64,000 bases of DNA from Staphylococcus phage vB_SauM-UFV_DC4. This document shows positions 36,306 to 46,722 of the stretch, piece by piece. Position 1 is the first letter of the stretch; the number at the start of each line of letters is the position of its first letter. The stretch is from sequence record MZ779063.1. The stretch is one strand, 5' to 3'. Below the pieces are notes generated by a model. That model was not told the DNA's origin and did not search any database. It saw only the letters and a program-made list of their open reading frames with translations. Made by a program: the position numbers and the translations under genes.

Positions 36306-36860
36306 GTGTTTAAAATTTATCCTGATTATGATGAATTTTTAAAGAAAGAGTTGGATCGCTTTGGAATTGATACAGATAACGTAGCTTATCATTCTAATAT
36401 TAATTATCGTTATTGTAAAGAGGAATTAGAATCACTTGAAAAGGAAGTTGAAGAAATGGAAATTAATTATTTGAATTTAGAAGATATATCTTTAAATAAA
36501 GAAGAGACAAGTGGAGTTATGACTATAAGAGAATTAGTAAATACTATTGATCACTTGATATATACAGAAAATGAAGTTACACCTTTATACTACTTCTTTA
36601 TGGATAAAATTGATTCACTTCCTATGATTAATATGATTACTTATAAAAAGGCAGCTAACACATTCTATGAAGAATATAAAAGATATAACACTGAAAATCA
36701 TTCAGCTTATATAAATATTAAAGGAGAATGGAAACAGTTATCATTTAATCAATTTAAAGAATCTTTAAAAGAAGTTTTATTATCTTCACATAAAGAAAGC
36801 AATGTTGATAAATTATTTAAAGAGTTAAATAATTTAGCTGTAAAAGATAATTTTTCATAA
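36306..36860 (+). CDS. hypothetical protein (GTG start; start uncertain)
   Basis: 184-aa ORF with no clear RBS. Confidence 0.45.
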   Translation: MFKIYPDYDEFLKKELDRFGIDTDNVAYHSNINYRYCKEELESLEKEVEEMEINYLNLEDISLNKEETSGVMTIRELVNTIDHLIYTENEVTPLYYFFMDKIDSLPMINMITYKKAANTFYEEYKRYNTENHSAYINIKGEWKQLSFNQFKESLKEVLLSSHKESNVDKLFKELNNLAVKDNFS

Positions 36861-36887
36861 TTGCTCTTAGATCAAAATTAGTAATAA

Positions 36888-36936
36888 GCATATATTATAA
36901 ATATGAGACAATGTTCATTAACTTGATCATTGTCTC
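36888..36936 (+). promoter_or_regulatory. promoter-like GCATATATTATAAATATGAG plus hairpin GAGACAATG...CATTGTCTC
   Basis: Cassette architecture; lies inside the spurious N-terminal extension of track ORF 36911. Confidence 0.5.
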
Positions 36937-36979
36937 ATATATTGTTTTATTTTTTATAAATAAGGAGATGAATTGGATA

Positions 36980-38857
36980 ATGGAAAATAATACATTAAAT
37001 TCGTATATAAAGGAAGATTTTAAATATTTTAAAGATGATAAATTAGAAATTGATGAAATATTTAACTTTAAAGATGATAAGACTAAAGAAAAATTTGAAA
37101 CGTTTTTTAATGGAGTTATATACACATTGAAAAATTTGAATTATGTTGAATTATCTGAAATGTATAATGAATCAATTAAAGAGAAAGGTAATACTCAAGT
37201 TAAAGCTGAAAGTTATATAGATTATTTAAATAATGAATTGAAAAATAAAAGACTAAATAAAGAAACTAAAAAACTTTATAAAGATTTATTAATGACTTTA
37301 GAAGATGATTTGAAAAGATATAATGCTAATTTAGATGACAGCATTATAAATAAATTATTCAAAAATAAGTATATATCAATATCTTATTATAGTTTAATAG
37401 TACCGTATAATATTGCTAACGAAATTGAATTTAATAAAAACTATTATAGTTTTCTTGAATTAGAAGATTTTGTTAGATTCATAGTATTTCCGTATTATCA
37501 GCTTTTATATCTATCTAAAGATAATTTAAGAAATATTTATATAAAGAATACAGATATAAATCTTCATGATTATTTTATTGATATAATAAAGAGTTATATT
37601 AAAAATTTAATAGATAATAAAGATGTAGATACACTAAAGGATTTATTAGATGTGTTAACAAATGAGCACGAATATCTAAGATCCCCAAAATATACAGACT
37701 ATAGAAAAGGTAATGGTAGAAATTTATTTGAGTTGCTAATAGATATGAATTTCAATGAATTTAAAGACTTATTATATGAAATGATATATATTATAATGAA
37801 TAATAATCTAAAAAAAGAATTACAAGTAGAAATGAATTATGATATATACAAACACAATATATTTTTAATAAGTTTAATGAATGATGAAGTAGAAAGTCAT
37901 AGACAACCTAAATTTAATGATAAATTTTTAATAGAGAGTAATAATACAATTAGAGCTACTGCAAGTGCAGATTTATACAGTAAAAATAATTACTACCAAA
38001 ATAACTTATTAGGTCACTATATTAATGATCTATATGTAAATAAAAATAAAATAAATAAATTTAAAAGGGTTAATAAAGTTAGAAGTCTTAAATCTTTTAT
38101 TTATTTAACTAACCAAAGATGCATTATCGGTGGTGAGTCATATTATAAATATCTATATAAATATTTATTTGATCCAAGTAACTTAACTAGAGAAGAGTTT
38201 GAAGTATCTACATTATTAATTAAATTGATAACTTGTAAGTCTAGTAATCAATTAAAGAAAGTTATGGAGAATGCAAAAACCAACTCTATATTAAATAATC
38301 TTTTATTTGAAACAGAAATTAATGATATAATTAAAATTGGTATAGAAATGAATATTAATACTATATTCAATGAAAAGGGTTTAAGTAAAATTAATACAGT
38401 TGATTTAACTGTAGGAAATATTGTAAAACCTTTGTTATATAATAACGCAAATGATTATGAAGAACAAACAGAAATCATTAATTCAATATTTAAAAATTTT
38501 ACTTATGATATAGATATCAATTTTGATAAATATCATTATAAAGATTTAGATGAATATTTTGAAAGTAGATTAAATTTAGGTCTTTTAAAAGAATCAAATA
38601 TAGATATTAGTATTAATATTAATTATAGTAAAATTGCAAAAACTATTGTAAATAATATTAAAGATAAACTTAGAGGAAAATATGATTTTGAAAAGAATGA
38701 GTTTATTATTACTTATGATAAGATGAATATTACTCGTTTAACTTCTACAGAGTTTTGTAATGGGTTATGTGAATATTTAAGTAAATACTTCCCAGAAGAA
38801 GCTAAAAAGTTAAATAAGAGTTTTAGAGCTGAAATTGTAAATACAATGTTTAGATAG
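36980..38857 (+). CDS. large hypothetical protein
   Basis: Leader ATAAGGAGATGAATTGGATAATG; the track start at 36911 runs through the promoter/hairpin and is unlikely. Confidence 0.65.
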   Translation: MENNTLNSYIKEDFKYFKDDKLEIDEIFNFKDDKTKEKFETFFNGVIYTLKNLNYVELSEMYNESIKEKGNTQVKAESYIDYLNNELKNKRLNKETKKLYKDLLMTLEDDLKRYNANLDDSIINKLFKNKYISISYYSLIVPYNIANEIEFNKNYYSFLELEDFVRFIVFPYYQLLYLSKDNLRNIYIKNTDINLHDYFIDIIKSYIKNLIDNKDVDTLKDLLDVLTNEHEYLRSPKYTDYRKGNGRNLFELLIDMNFNEFKDLLYEMIYIIMNNNLKKELQVEMNYDIYKHNIFLISLMNDEVESHRQPKFNDKFLIESNNTIRATASADLYSKNNYYQNNLLGHYINDLYVNKNKINKFKRVNKVRSLKSFIYLTNQRCIIGGESYYKYLYKYLFDPSNLTREEFEVSTLLIKLITCKSSNQLKKVMENAKTNSILNNLLFETEINDIIKIGIEMNINTIFNEKGLSKINTVDLTVGNIVKPLLYNNANDYEEQTEIINSIFKNFTYDIDINFDKYHYKDLDEYFESRLNLGLLKESNIDISININYSKIAKTIVNNIKDKLRGKYDFEKNEFIITYDKMNITRLTSTEFCNGLCEYLSKYFPEEAKKLNKSFRAEIVNTMFR

Positions 38858-38873
38858 AAAGGGGAAATTAAAG

Positions 38874-39428
38874 ATGGATGTTAAAAGAACGTTTAATGTA
38901 GATATTATGCAGACAGATAGAAGAATTTTCTATAACATTATTAACGTAGAAATGTCTATTAGTGATAAAAGAAAAATGTATAATAAAGTCAATGATGAAA
39001 ATGAGGTTTTAACATATGTATTTGATAGTTACACAGATTACGTATTGATGGAAAATGAAGGTATAATGACTATGGCAAAAGATTTAAATGATTTCATTAA
39101 ACATTCTATTTTCGATTACCATTTTTCCTCTTTAATAAAACAATTTTTACCTTCGACCAACTTCCGGAATTTTGGAGAGTTTGTCCGTATGTTAGAAAGA
39201 GAATTATTTGTACCTAATCAAGAAACTTTAAGTCAATTTTCTTCAAAAGAAGATATGATTTATGTGTATTATAATACTACTCTAAATAGAATAATCATTG
39301 TTGATCACATTATGTACTTAAAAGCACTAATGGAGTATGTTAAAGAAGAAAAAGAATTCTATGGAGATTTATCTATAGAATTTGAAAAAGAAGTTAAAAA
39401 ATATTTAGTTAAAAATAATCTTAAATAA
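38874..39428 (+). CDS. hypothetical protein
   Basis: 184-aa ORF, RBS AAAGGGGAAA. Confidence 0.6.
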   Translation: MDVKRTFNVDIMQTDRRIFYNIINVEMSISDKRKMYNKVNDENEVLTYVFDSYTDYVLMENEGIMTMAKDLNDFIKHSIFDYHFSSLIKQFLPSTNFRNFGEFVRMLERELFVPNQETLSQFSSKEDMIYVYYNTTLNRIIIVDHIMYLKALMEYVKEEKEFYGDLSIEFEKEVKKYLVKNNLK

Positions 39429-39445
39429 AGGAGAGATAATATTTA

Positions 39446-40180
39446 ATGAATGGATATGGCAAAATTAATAAAAAAGTTTTTAATATAGATCGTAGCAACT
39501 TTGAAGTAGTTTTAATGGACTACATGGATACTAAACAGATGAAAAATAATTACAATAGAGATATAACCGATCAAGAAAAAATTGATCGGTTAATACCTTT
39601 AATTAAACAACAAGAAAATGAACAAGATGAGGGCAAAATATTTGAAAATGCTAGAAGATATGAACTTCTTTTAGCTAAAACATTTGAATACTCTCTTAAT
39701 GGAAAATTAGAATTATACAAATTAAAAGAAGTATTAAATTATTACGAAGAAAAAAATCTTTTTAATATAGTATATCCAAATTTTAGATACACTTTTAATG
39801 TAGAATCTCCTAGTAAAGAGTATTCCTTATTATCTTTAAAAACTAAAATATTTTTAATTATAGAAACTATTATAGATTTTATTAAAAATGATTATGTAGA
39901 AGATAATCTTTCTATTAAGTTAATTTTAAATTCAGAAGAAATAATGATTGATACACTTGATTTAAACGAAAAATCTTTGTGTAATACCTTTAGTCTACAA
40001 TATACAAATGAATTGTTATCTTATAATGGAGCTTATTTATTCTCACATGATCAAGTAAAAAGTATAGAAAATATAAATAATATTTTATTTAAAGATATAT
40101 ATAAAGACAAAGATAAAGAAATCTTAGAATTTATATCTAAGAAAGTAAAAAATAAATATATTTCAAAATATTTTAAATAA
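39446..40180 (+). CDS. hypothetical protein
   Basis: 244-aa ORF, RBS AAGGAGAG. Confidence 0.6.
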   Translation: MNGYGKINKKVFNIDRSNFEVVLMDYMDTKQMKNNYNRDITDQEKIDRLIPLIKQQENEQDEGKIFENARRYELLLAKTFEYSLNGKLELYKLKEVLNYYEEKNLFNIVYPNFRYTFNVESPSKEYSLLSLKTKIFLIIETIIDFIKNDYVEDNLSIKLILNSEEIMIDTLDLNEKSLCNTFSLQYTNELLSYNGAYLFSHDQVKSIENINNILFKDIYKDKDKEILEFISKKVKNKYISKYFK

Positions 40181-40197
40181 ATAGGAGTGAATAGGAT

Positions 40198-41367
40198 ATG
40201 TCAAATTTAACTATGCAAGAAAAAGACTTAATTATGATTGAAAATAAGTATAATAGATTTTTAGATAAAAAGGAAAAGATAATGAATAAAGAATCAGACT
40301 TTATTAAAATTGCATTTGAAGAATTAATGGACTTCGTTGTACATTTTGGACATAATAAATTCTTTAAATCAGACACAATATTTTATAGAGAATATGATGA
40401 GATGTTAGAGAATTATAAAATGGAATTAAATAAAATATCTAAAGTGGAAGATGATTTAGTACTAACGTATTTAAATAAAATTATTAATGATACTGATAAA
40501 GTTGAATTCTATAATAACATGAAGAAAATTTCAGAAAGTTATAGTAAAGAAAAATTAATCGTATCTATATCATATATAAAAGCTTTGGACTTCTATATAC
40601 ACATGATGCGAAATGAAGAATTAATGAGTGATATGGGATCTCTTACAGTTCATCCTTATGATTTTAATAAACGATTAATAAGTGAATATAAAAAAGATAA
40701 TATATTTTGGAGAAAACTAAGTGATGAAGAAAAGTCAAATGCAATTCAAATGTCTAATATATATTTTGAAGGTATTGAAAATAAAGAAATTGGTAGATTT
40801 ACCACTGAACATATAAACAGTGAAAAAGAAGGAACTGTATTTAATTTTAATATAAATACATTTCATAAATTTTTCGATCAATTTGTATCTTTGGATATAG
40901 CTTATACAGATGGTTTAATATTTAACTTAATGATGAACAGTAATATCAGTAAATATTATGAGAAATACTATAAAGAAATAGAACATGATATCTTCAATGC
41001 TAGTTATATTTCTGATAAATATGACTATGAAAACTTAGAAGAAGATAAATTTTTAAAAATCTTAAATCGTATAGATATGTTTTATAATGTGAATATACCT
41101 TTATATATTTATAATAGTGGAGAAACATCAAATAAAAAATACTATAATTATCTAACTGCTATGAAGTCTTTTGCTTTAAATGATCTTGTTAATCGTTATT
41201 ATGATTCTTATGAATATATAGAATATTTTAGCGAAGTTAGTGTCAATGATTCTTTCACGTTAGATATGTTAAGTGACGATGATGAAAGTGAATCAAATTA
41301 TTTTGGAGAATTGAATAAAAAAATAAAGAAAGAAAATGAAGAAAGACAATGGCTACAAGCTTTTTAA
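40198..41367 (+). CDS. hypothetical protein
   Basis: Leader ATAGGAGTGAATAGGATATG; 389 aa. Confidence 0.65.
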   Translation: MSNLTMQEKDLIMIENKYNRFLDKKEKIMNKESDFIKIAFEELMDFVVHFGHNKFFKSDTIFYREYDEMLENYKMELNKISKVEDDLVLTYLNKIINDTDKVEFYNNMKKISESYSKEKLIVSISYIKALDFYIHMMRNEELMSDMGSLTVHPYDFNKRLISEYKKDNIFWRKLSDEEKSNAIQMSNIYFEGIENKEIGRFTTEHINSEKEGTVFNFNINTFHKFFDQFVSLDIAYTDGLIFNLMMNSNISKYYEKYYKEIEHDIFNASYISDKYDYENLEEDKFLKILNRIDMFYNVNIPLYIYNSGETSNKKYYNYLTAMKSFALNDLVNRYYDSYEYIEYFSEVSVNDSFTLDMLSDDDESESNYFGELNKKIKKENEERQWLQAF

Positions 41368-41397
41368 AATTTATTTAAAGAGAAGAGGAGACAATTT

Positions 41398-41601
41398 ATG
41401 ATATTTTTAATTGGTATATTAATCATTATTTTAATTTGGTTGGAGATAATATCATTTTCTTTATTTATATCAAGTCTGATAAGTTTACCATTTTCAATAT
41501 TTGACACAGGAACAAGTGATTTTATTAAAGAAGATATAATAACAGCGTTTCTATCAGGTTTATCTACCGTCATAATCTTTTTCATATTATCATCGTTCTA
41601 A
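41398..41601 (+). CDS. small membrane protein (2 TM)
   Basis: RBS AGAGAAGAGGAG; hydrophobic. Confidence 0.5.
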   Translation: MIFLIGILIIILIWLEIISFSLFISSLISLPFSIFDTGTSDFIKEDIITAFLSGLSTVIIFFILSSF

Positions 41602-41619
41602 TAAAAAGGAGAGAACATT

Positions 41620-41847
41620 ATGTTTGCTTTATTGGGAATATTAGCAATAATATTTTTATTATTAATATTTATAGGTTTACCTTTATTTGTCATGGGAGTG
41701 GCTTGCATATTTATGTCACTTTATGAAATCTTTGTGGAAAAAGAAAAAGATATTGACATGCTACTGACATCGACTTATATAACACTTGGGTCGTCACTTG
41801 CATTAGGTTTAGCTATCTTTATATCATTTTGTGTTGAAAATATGTAA
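41620..41847 (+). CDS. small membrane protein (2 TM)
   Basis: RBS AAAGGAGAG; hydrophobic. Confidence 0.5.
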   Translation: MFALLGILAIIFLLLIFIGLPLFVMGVACIFMSLYEIFVEKEKDIDMLLTSTYITLGSSLALGLAIFISFCVENM

Positions 41848-41874
41848 TCATTTAAAATAAAAAGGAGAAATATT

Positions 41875-43863
41875 ATGTTAAAATTTAATGAAATTAATGA
41901 AAGTAATTTAGATGAAGTACAAAAATATTTAGAAAACCAATCTTATGTATACTATAATACATCAGATCAGCCAGAATTAACTGACGAAGAGTTTGATAAG
42001 TTATTAAGAGAATATGAAAAGTTCCGTCCATTTAATGGCGGAGCTTTACCTTCTAAAGGTAAAAAATTAGTAGATGTTTCACATGAATATCCTGAATTAG
42101 TAGGAACAGTTTCTAAGGTTAATTCAGTTGAAGAATTAGCTGAATGGATTGAAGAAAAAGGATTAATTAATAGAGAATTATTAATTACTCAAAAATATGA
42201 TGGCAATTCAGTATTAGTTATTTTAACTACTAAAGGGGATTATTTAGTAACTAAATCAGCATTAACTAGAGGTAAAGATGGTAAAGGTGCTGACTTAACT
42301 GATTTCTTCAGTCATATTAAAATTAAAAAATCAGATGTAGATATTAATGCAGTTGATTTATCTGAAGATGATATTGATATTGCTATTAAGTGTGAAGCAG
42401 TAATGAGTTATAGTAACTTTAATAAGATTGATGAAGAGTATGCTAATCCTAGATCAATCGTTGCAGGATTATTAAACTCAGATGATGGATATAAGAAACG
42501 TAAGTTAATTAATTTATTACCTTTAAGAATTAATATTAGTAATAAAGAATTAACTCGACAAGAAGAATTAAATTTAATTTCAGCAATTACTAGTCATAGT
42601 ACTGTATTTGATCAACTTGATCCACAGTATAATTTTGTTATGGAAGATGAACACGATTATAAAGACTTTAATGAATTATATCATCAAATAGCTGATGAAA
42701 GAGAGTATTATGAATACATGATCGATGGATTAGTTATTGAAGCTCTTGATGAAGATGATAGAAATCGTTTAGGTAGATTAAATGACCGTAATAAGTTTGA
42801 TGTAGCATTGAAATTCCCATATATGACTAAAAAGACTAATGTAATTGATATTGAGTTTGACGTATCTGAAAATGGTACAGGCAGATATACTCCAGTAGTT
42901 AGATTTGAACCTGTTTACTTTAATGGAGCTAAATGTGAAAGAGTTTCAATTGCTAACTATAAAAGATTTAAAGAACTTCAATTAGTAAAAGGTCAAGAAG
43001 TTATTATTGAATATCGTAATGATGTTTTAAGTTATTTAACTCCATCTCCCACTAATGAAATTACTGGAGAACCTATACCTTTCATTAAAGAGTGTGTATA
43101 CTGTGGTGAAGAACTTGAAGTTAATGAAAATGAAACATTTGTATCATGTATTAACAACGATTGTGAATGCAGAGTATTAGGTATTATTAATAACTATGTA
43201 GATAAAATGGATATTAAAGGAATTGAATATTCTACTATTAATAAACTTTATAAAGGTAACAAACTACCTAACGGAATTAAAAGTTTATATGAAATTGATA
43301 AAAACGATATTATGCAAGTAGATACATTTAAAGAAAAATCAGCTCAGAATATTATTAATACAATTCATAAAAATAAAGAATATTATGACTATGATGTATT
43401 AGGTTCATTAGGATTAAACGGAGTTGGAAGAACTACATTTAAATTAGTTACTAAAGTCTATGATCCGCAAGAAATAGATTATGTAGATTTAAGTATTAAA
43501 GATTTAACTTCTATTAAAGGAATCGCTGATATTACTGCTGAGATTATTATTAATGGTTATAAACAGAATAAAGATTTAATTGAATTCTTATTTAATGAAT
43601 TAGATGTTAAATCACTTAAAAAAGAAATGGAAGCTAATAAAGATAATTCAGTTGAGCCAATGAATATTGTATTTAGTGGATTTAGAGATGCTGAATTTAA
43701 AGAACAGTTAGAACTTAAAGGTCATAAAGTAACTTCATCTGTTTCAGGTAAAACTGATTTATTAGTTACTCCGGATCCAAATTCAGGTTCATCTAAAATT
43801 AAGAAGGCTAAGGAAAAAGGTATTAGAATTATTAACATTGAAGACGCTAAGGAGGAATTATAA
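41875..43863 (+). CDS. ligA: NAD-dependent DNA ligase
   Basis: Adenylation motif KYDGNSV (KxDG); Zn finger CVYCGEELEVNENETFVSCINNDCEC; C-terminal BRCT-like IVFSGFRDAEF...LLVTPDPNSGSSKIKKAKEKGIRIIN. Confidence 0.85.
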   Translation: MLKFNEINESNLDEVQKYLENQSYVYYNTSDQPELTDEEFDKLLREYEKFRPFNGGALPSKGKKLVDVSHEYPELVGTVSKVNSVEELAEWIEEKGLINRELLITQKYDGNSVLVILTTKGDYLVTKSALTRGKDGKGADLTDFFSHIKIKKSDVDINAVDLSEDDIDIAIKCEAVMSYSNFNKIDEEYANPRSIVAGLLNSDDGYKKRKLINLLPLRINISNKELTRQEELNLISAITSHSTVFDQLDPQYNFVMEDEHDYKDFNELYHQIADEREYYEYMIDGLVIEALDEDDRNRLGRLNDRNKFDVALKFPYMTKKTNVIDIEFDVSENGTGRYTPVVRFEPVYFNGAKCERVSIANYKRFKELQLVKGQEVIIEYRNDVLSYLTPSPTNEITGEPIPFIKECVYCGEELEVNENETFVSCINNDCECRVLGIINNYVDKMDIKGIEYSTINKLYKGNKLPNGIKSLYEIDKNDIMQVDTFKEKSAQNIINTIHKNKEYYDYDVLGSLGLNGVGRTTFKLVTKVYDPQEIDYVDLSIKDLTSIKGIADITAEIIINGYKQNKDLIEFLFNELDVKSLKKEMEANKDNSVEPMNIVFSGFRDAEFKEQLELKGHKVTSSVSGKTDLLVTPDPNSGSSKIKKAKEKGIRIINIEDAKEEL

Positions 43864-43865
43864 TT

Positions 43866-44759
43866 ATGAAATATTATAAATTAAACCAGACAGGAATTGC
43901 TGAAGTATTAGGTATTAGCGGTGAAATGATTTATTGTTACAATCATGTATTTAGGGAAGATGAACTATATCTTAGTGAAGATGAGGAAATTAAACTATCA
44001 GAAATGATTACTAATTACAAAGCAATACCAAAGTATTCAATTGAAAGCATAAATGAAAAAAATATAATAATCACTGCTTATATGGAAGTTGATATGGATG
44101 AAATGGGTACTTTCAGAATAGCTTCTGAAAATTTTAAGTTTGATAAAAAATGTACAGTTGAGGATATCTATAAAATTGTATCTGAAAAAGTATTAAATAA
44201 ATATTTCTCATTTAGTGAAATGAAAGATAAATTGTATCCATTTCATTATGAGGAAGTGACTGAAGAAGAATATAAAAAATATAAAGGAGAATTAATTATG
44301 AATTATTACAAACTAACAGACGAAGGTATTGCAGAAATATTTGATATTAGTGGATTAGATTATGAATTTATGGATTTTACTGAAGATAATAATCAAATAT
44401 TCAGAAATGAAAGTCTTTATTTAAGAGAGGATGAAGTAATACCTCTCTTCAGTATTATTGGATATAGTGTTACTAAAGAATGTGTAATAACTAAAGAAGA
44501 CGATAAATTAGTTGCAAAGGGTGAAACTAAAATATCTGTAGAAGATGGATATGCTAATTTAAGTGTCATTGATTTAGATTTTGATGAAAATAATACAAGT
44601 TTAAAAGATCTATATAAACAATTAGATGAATATTGTAGAAATGAGAAATTTAATATTATTGATTATATAGAAAAAAGAAATTTAAAAGAAGGATATGATT
44701 ATAGATTAGTTACAGAAAAAGAATATAAATATAATAGAGATGAAGAAAATTTTAAGTAA
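43866..44759 (+). CDS. MKYYKL-family protein, internal tandem duplication (two domains)
   Basis: Domains begin MKYYKLNQTGIAEVLGISG and MNYYKLTDEGIAEIFDISG; domain 1 ends EEEYKKYKGELI. Confidence 0.65.
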   Translation: MKYYKLNQTGIAEVLGISGEMIYCYNHVFREDELYLSEDEEIKLSEMITNYKAIPKYSIESINEKNIIITAYMEVDMDEMGTFRIASENFKFDKKCTVEDIYKIVSEKVLNKYFSFSEMKDKLYPFHYEEVTEEEYKKYKGELIMNYYKLTDEGIAEIFDISGLDYEFMDFTEDNNQIFRNESLYLREDEVIPLFSIIGYSVTKECVITKEDDKLVAKGETKISVEDGYANLSVIDLDFDENNTSLKDLYKQLDEYCRNEKFNIIDYIEKRNLKEGYDYRLVTEKEYKYNRDEENFK

Positions 44760-44775
44760 AAGTAGGTATTAAATT

Positions 44776-45234
44776 ATGAAATATTATGAATTTAATAAAA
44801 AGGGAATTATTAAAATATTAGGATTGGACACAGCTTATTTAAAAGAAGATGAAGACATTTTTAGAGAAGGGAATCTTTATTTAAAAGAAAATGAATCAAT
44901 AAAGATAAAAGATATTATAACAAATAAAAAAGATATGGAGTTTAATTGCAGTATTTATGAAGGGTCTGAAGATAACTCATTAATGAAAGCTAATTTAAAT
45001 TTCAGACATGGGTCAGGACAACTTTTATTAAATATTGAATATATTGATTTAAAAGAAATAAAAGATCGCACTGTTGAAGAAGTTTACAGATACGCTAAAG
45101 ATTTAGTTTTAAATAAAACATTTTCTTTTAATAAAGCTGAAGAGCTTGGTATATGTTTATATGAAGGAAAAGAATATGAAGAAATTACTGAGGAAGAATA
45201 TAAAAAATACAAAGTAGAAAATACTTTTAAATAA
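44776..45234 (+). CDS. MKYYKL-family paralog
   Basis: MKYYEFNKKGIIKILGLD...EEEYKKYKVENTFK. Confidence 0.65.
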   Translation: MKYYEFNKKGIIKILGLDTAYLKEDEDIFREGNLYLKENESIKIKDIITNKKDMEFNCSIYEGSEDNSLMKANLNFRHGSGQLLLNIEYIDLKEIKDRTVEEVYRYAKDLVLNKTFSFNKAEELGICLYEGKEYEEITEEEYKKYKVENTFK

Positions 45235-45254
45235 TGAAATGAGGTGTTATTGTT

Positions 45255-45704
45255 ATGGACAAATATTATAAATTAACAGCGGAAGGTATATTTGATGTTT
45301 TCAAATTAGATAAAAAACACATTATATTCCCAGAAGATAAAAATACAATAATAGATTTCAGATCAAAGGAAGAACGTATAGAGAAAATTAATGAACTTAT
45401 ATACTTTAAAGATAATCAAGAAATAACAATAAACTCATTATCTAATTTAACAGACAATATTGTAATAGATAAATCAGGTTCTAAATATACATTTAACCAT
45501 TTAATAGAAATATCATTCACTACCTTTAGTCATAAAAAAAGATATAACAAAACAATCAATGTACCGAATGTATTTAACGGAACTGTAAGAGAAAATAGTA
45601 GTAGAAGTGACTTAGATATACCGATAGATATCAACAATATTGATAAAATAGAATTAACATTTAAAGAATATAGAGATCTAGTAATAAAAGAAACTTTTAA
45701 ATAG
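45255..45704 (+). CDS. MKYYKL-family paralog
   Basis: MDKYYKLTAEGIFDVFKLD...EYRDLVIKETFK. Confidence 0.65.
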   Translation: MDKYYKLTAEGIFDVFKLDKKHIIFPEDKNTIIDFRSKEERIEKINELIYFKDNQEITINSLSNLTDNIVIDKSGSKYTFNHLIEISFTTFSHKKRYNKTINVPNVFNGTVRENSSRSDLDIPIDINNIDKIELTFKEYRDLVIKETFK

Positions 45705-45716
45705 GAGATATTATAA

Positions 45717-46166
45717 TTGAAATATTATAAATTAAATAAAGATGGTTATATTAAATTTTTAGGATTAGATGTTATGCCTGGACTTAAAACCCCAATTATT
45801 GAAAAAGAAATAAAAAATAAAAACTTCATTGTCAAATATTGTAATGGAGCAGATTTTTGTTTTACATTAGATGAAATTAATAAAATGAAAAACAAAGATA
45901 TTTACCCTAAACTTGGATTTGAAAGTTTAACTGAAAAAGTTAATCATGAAATAGAGAATAATCCAATAGTATTTGTTAATAGAAAATATGAAGATGCTAA
46001 ATCTTTAATGCATGTAGATTTAATTATCAATAATGAAGAAATTACAGTAATGACTATGGCAAGATTTAATATTAATTTTTTAAATGATAATTTGTATATG
46101 AAATACTTTGATGAAATAACAGAGAAACAGTATAAAAATATTATAGTAAAAGATTCATTTAAGTAA
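45717..46166 (+). CDS. MKYYKL-family paralog (TTG start)
   Basis: MKYYKLNKDGYIKFLGLD...EKQYKNIIVKDSFK. Confidence 0.6.
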   Translation: MKYYKLNKDGYIKFLGLDVMPGLKTPIIEKEIKNKNFIVKYCNGADFCFTLDEINKMKNKDIYPKLGFESLTEKVNHEIENNPIVFVNRKYEDAKSLMHVDLIINNEEITVMTMARFNINFLNDNLYMKYFDEITEKQYKNIIVKDSFK

Positions 46167-46176
46167 AACTCAATTT

Positions 46177-46226
46177 AAATATATATTATAAAATTGTGAA
46201 AGATGTATGATATTTATACATCTTTC
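46177..46226 (+). promoter_or_regulatory. promoter-like AAATATATATTATAAAATTGTG plus hairpin GAAAGATGTATGA/TACATCTTTC
   Basis: Cassette architecture. Confidence 0.5.
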
Positions 46227-46248
46227 TAAAATATTTATTTAAAGAGAG

Positions 46249-46677
46249 GTGAAAAAGATAATGGGTTCTAATTTTAATTATTATATATTGCAATCGAGTA
46301 TTTCAGAAGCTAGAAAAAGGATTAAGAATAATCTAGATGTAAATGGATATATGGTTATAAGACAAATATTTTTCAGTCATTTAGATTATAAAGATTATTA
46401 TAATATGTATCATAAAGTAAATAATGTAGAAGATTATTACAATGATATTATATTAGAAAGTATTAAGGATATTATATTTGATGAAGAAGGTAAACTTAAT
46501 GAAGAAGTAGCATTTAGTTTAATTAAAGGTTCTAATTCGAATATATGTGCTTTAATTAAAGATAATAAAGGTAATTACAAAATTTATAAAAAAGATAAAT
46601 ATGTAATTAAAGCTATAGAAGATTTATTATCTGAGAAAGATTATAAAAGAATATTGGTTAAAAATACTTTTAAATAA
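46249..46677 (+). CDS. divergent MKYYKL-family member (conserved C-terminal ...DYKRILVKNTFK)
   Basis: Shares the C-terminal E.EYK....K.TFK motif; N-terminus diverged. Confidence 0.55.
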   Translation: MKKIMGSNFNYYILQSSISEARKRIKNNLDVNGYMVIRQIFFSHLDYKDYYNMYHKVNNVEDYYNDIILESIKDIIFDEEGKLNEEVAFSLIKGSNSNICALIKDNKGNYKIYKKDKYVIKAIEDLLSEKDYKRILVKNTFK

Positions 46678-46722
46678 TTTGAAAGTGGATGCAACTTACT
46701 TTTATTATATTACAAGTGAGAG

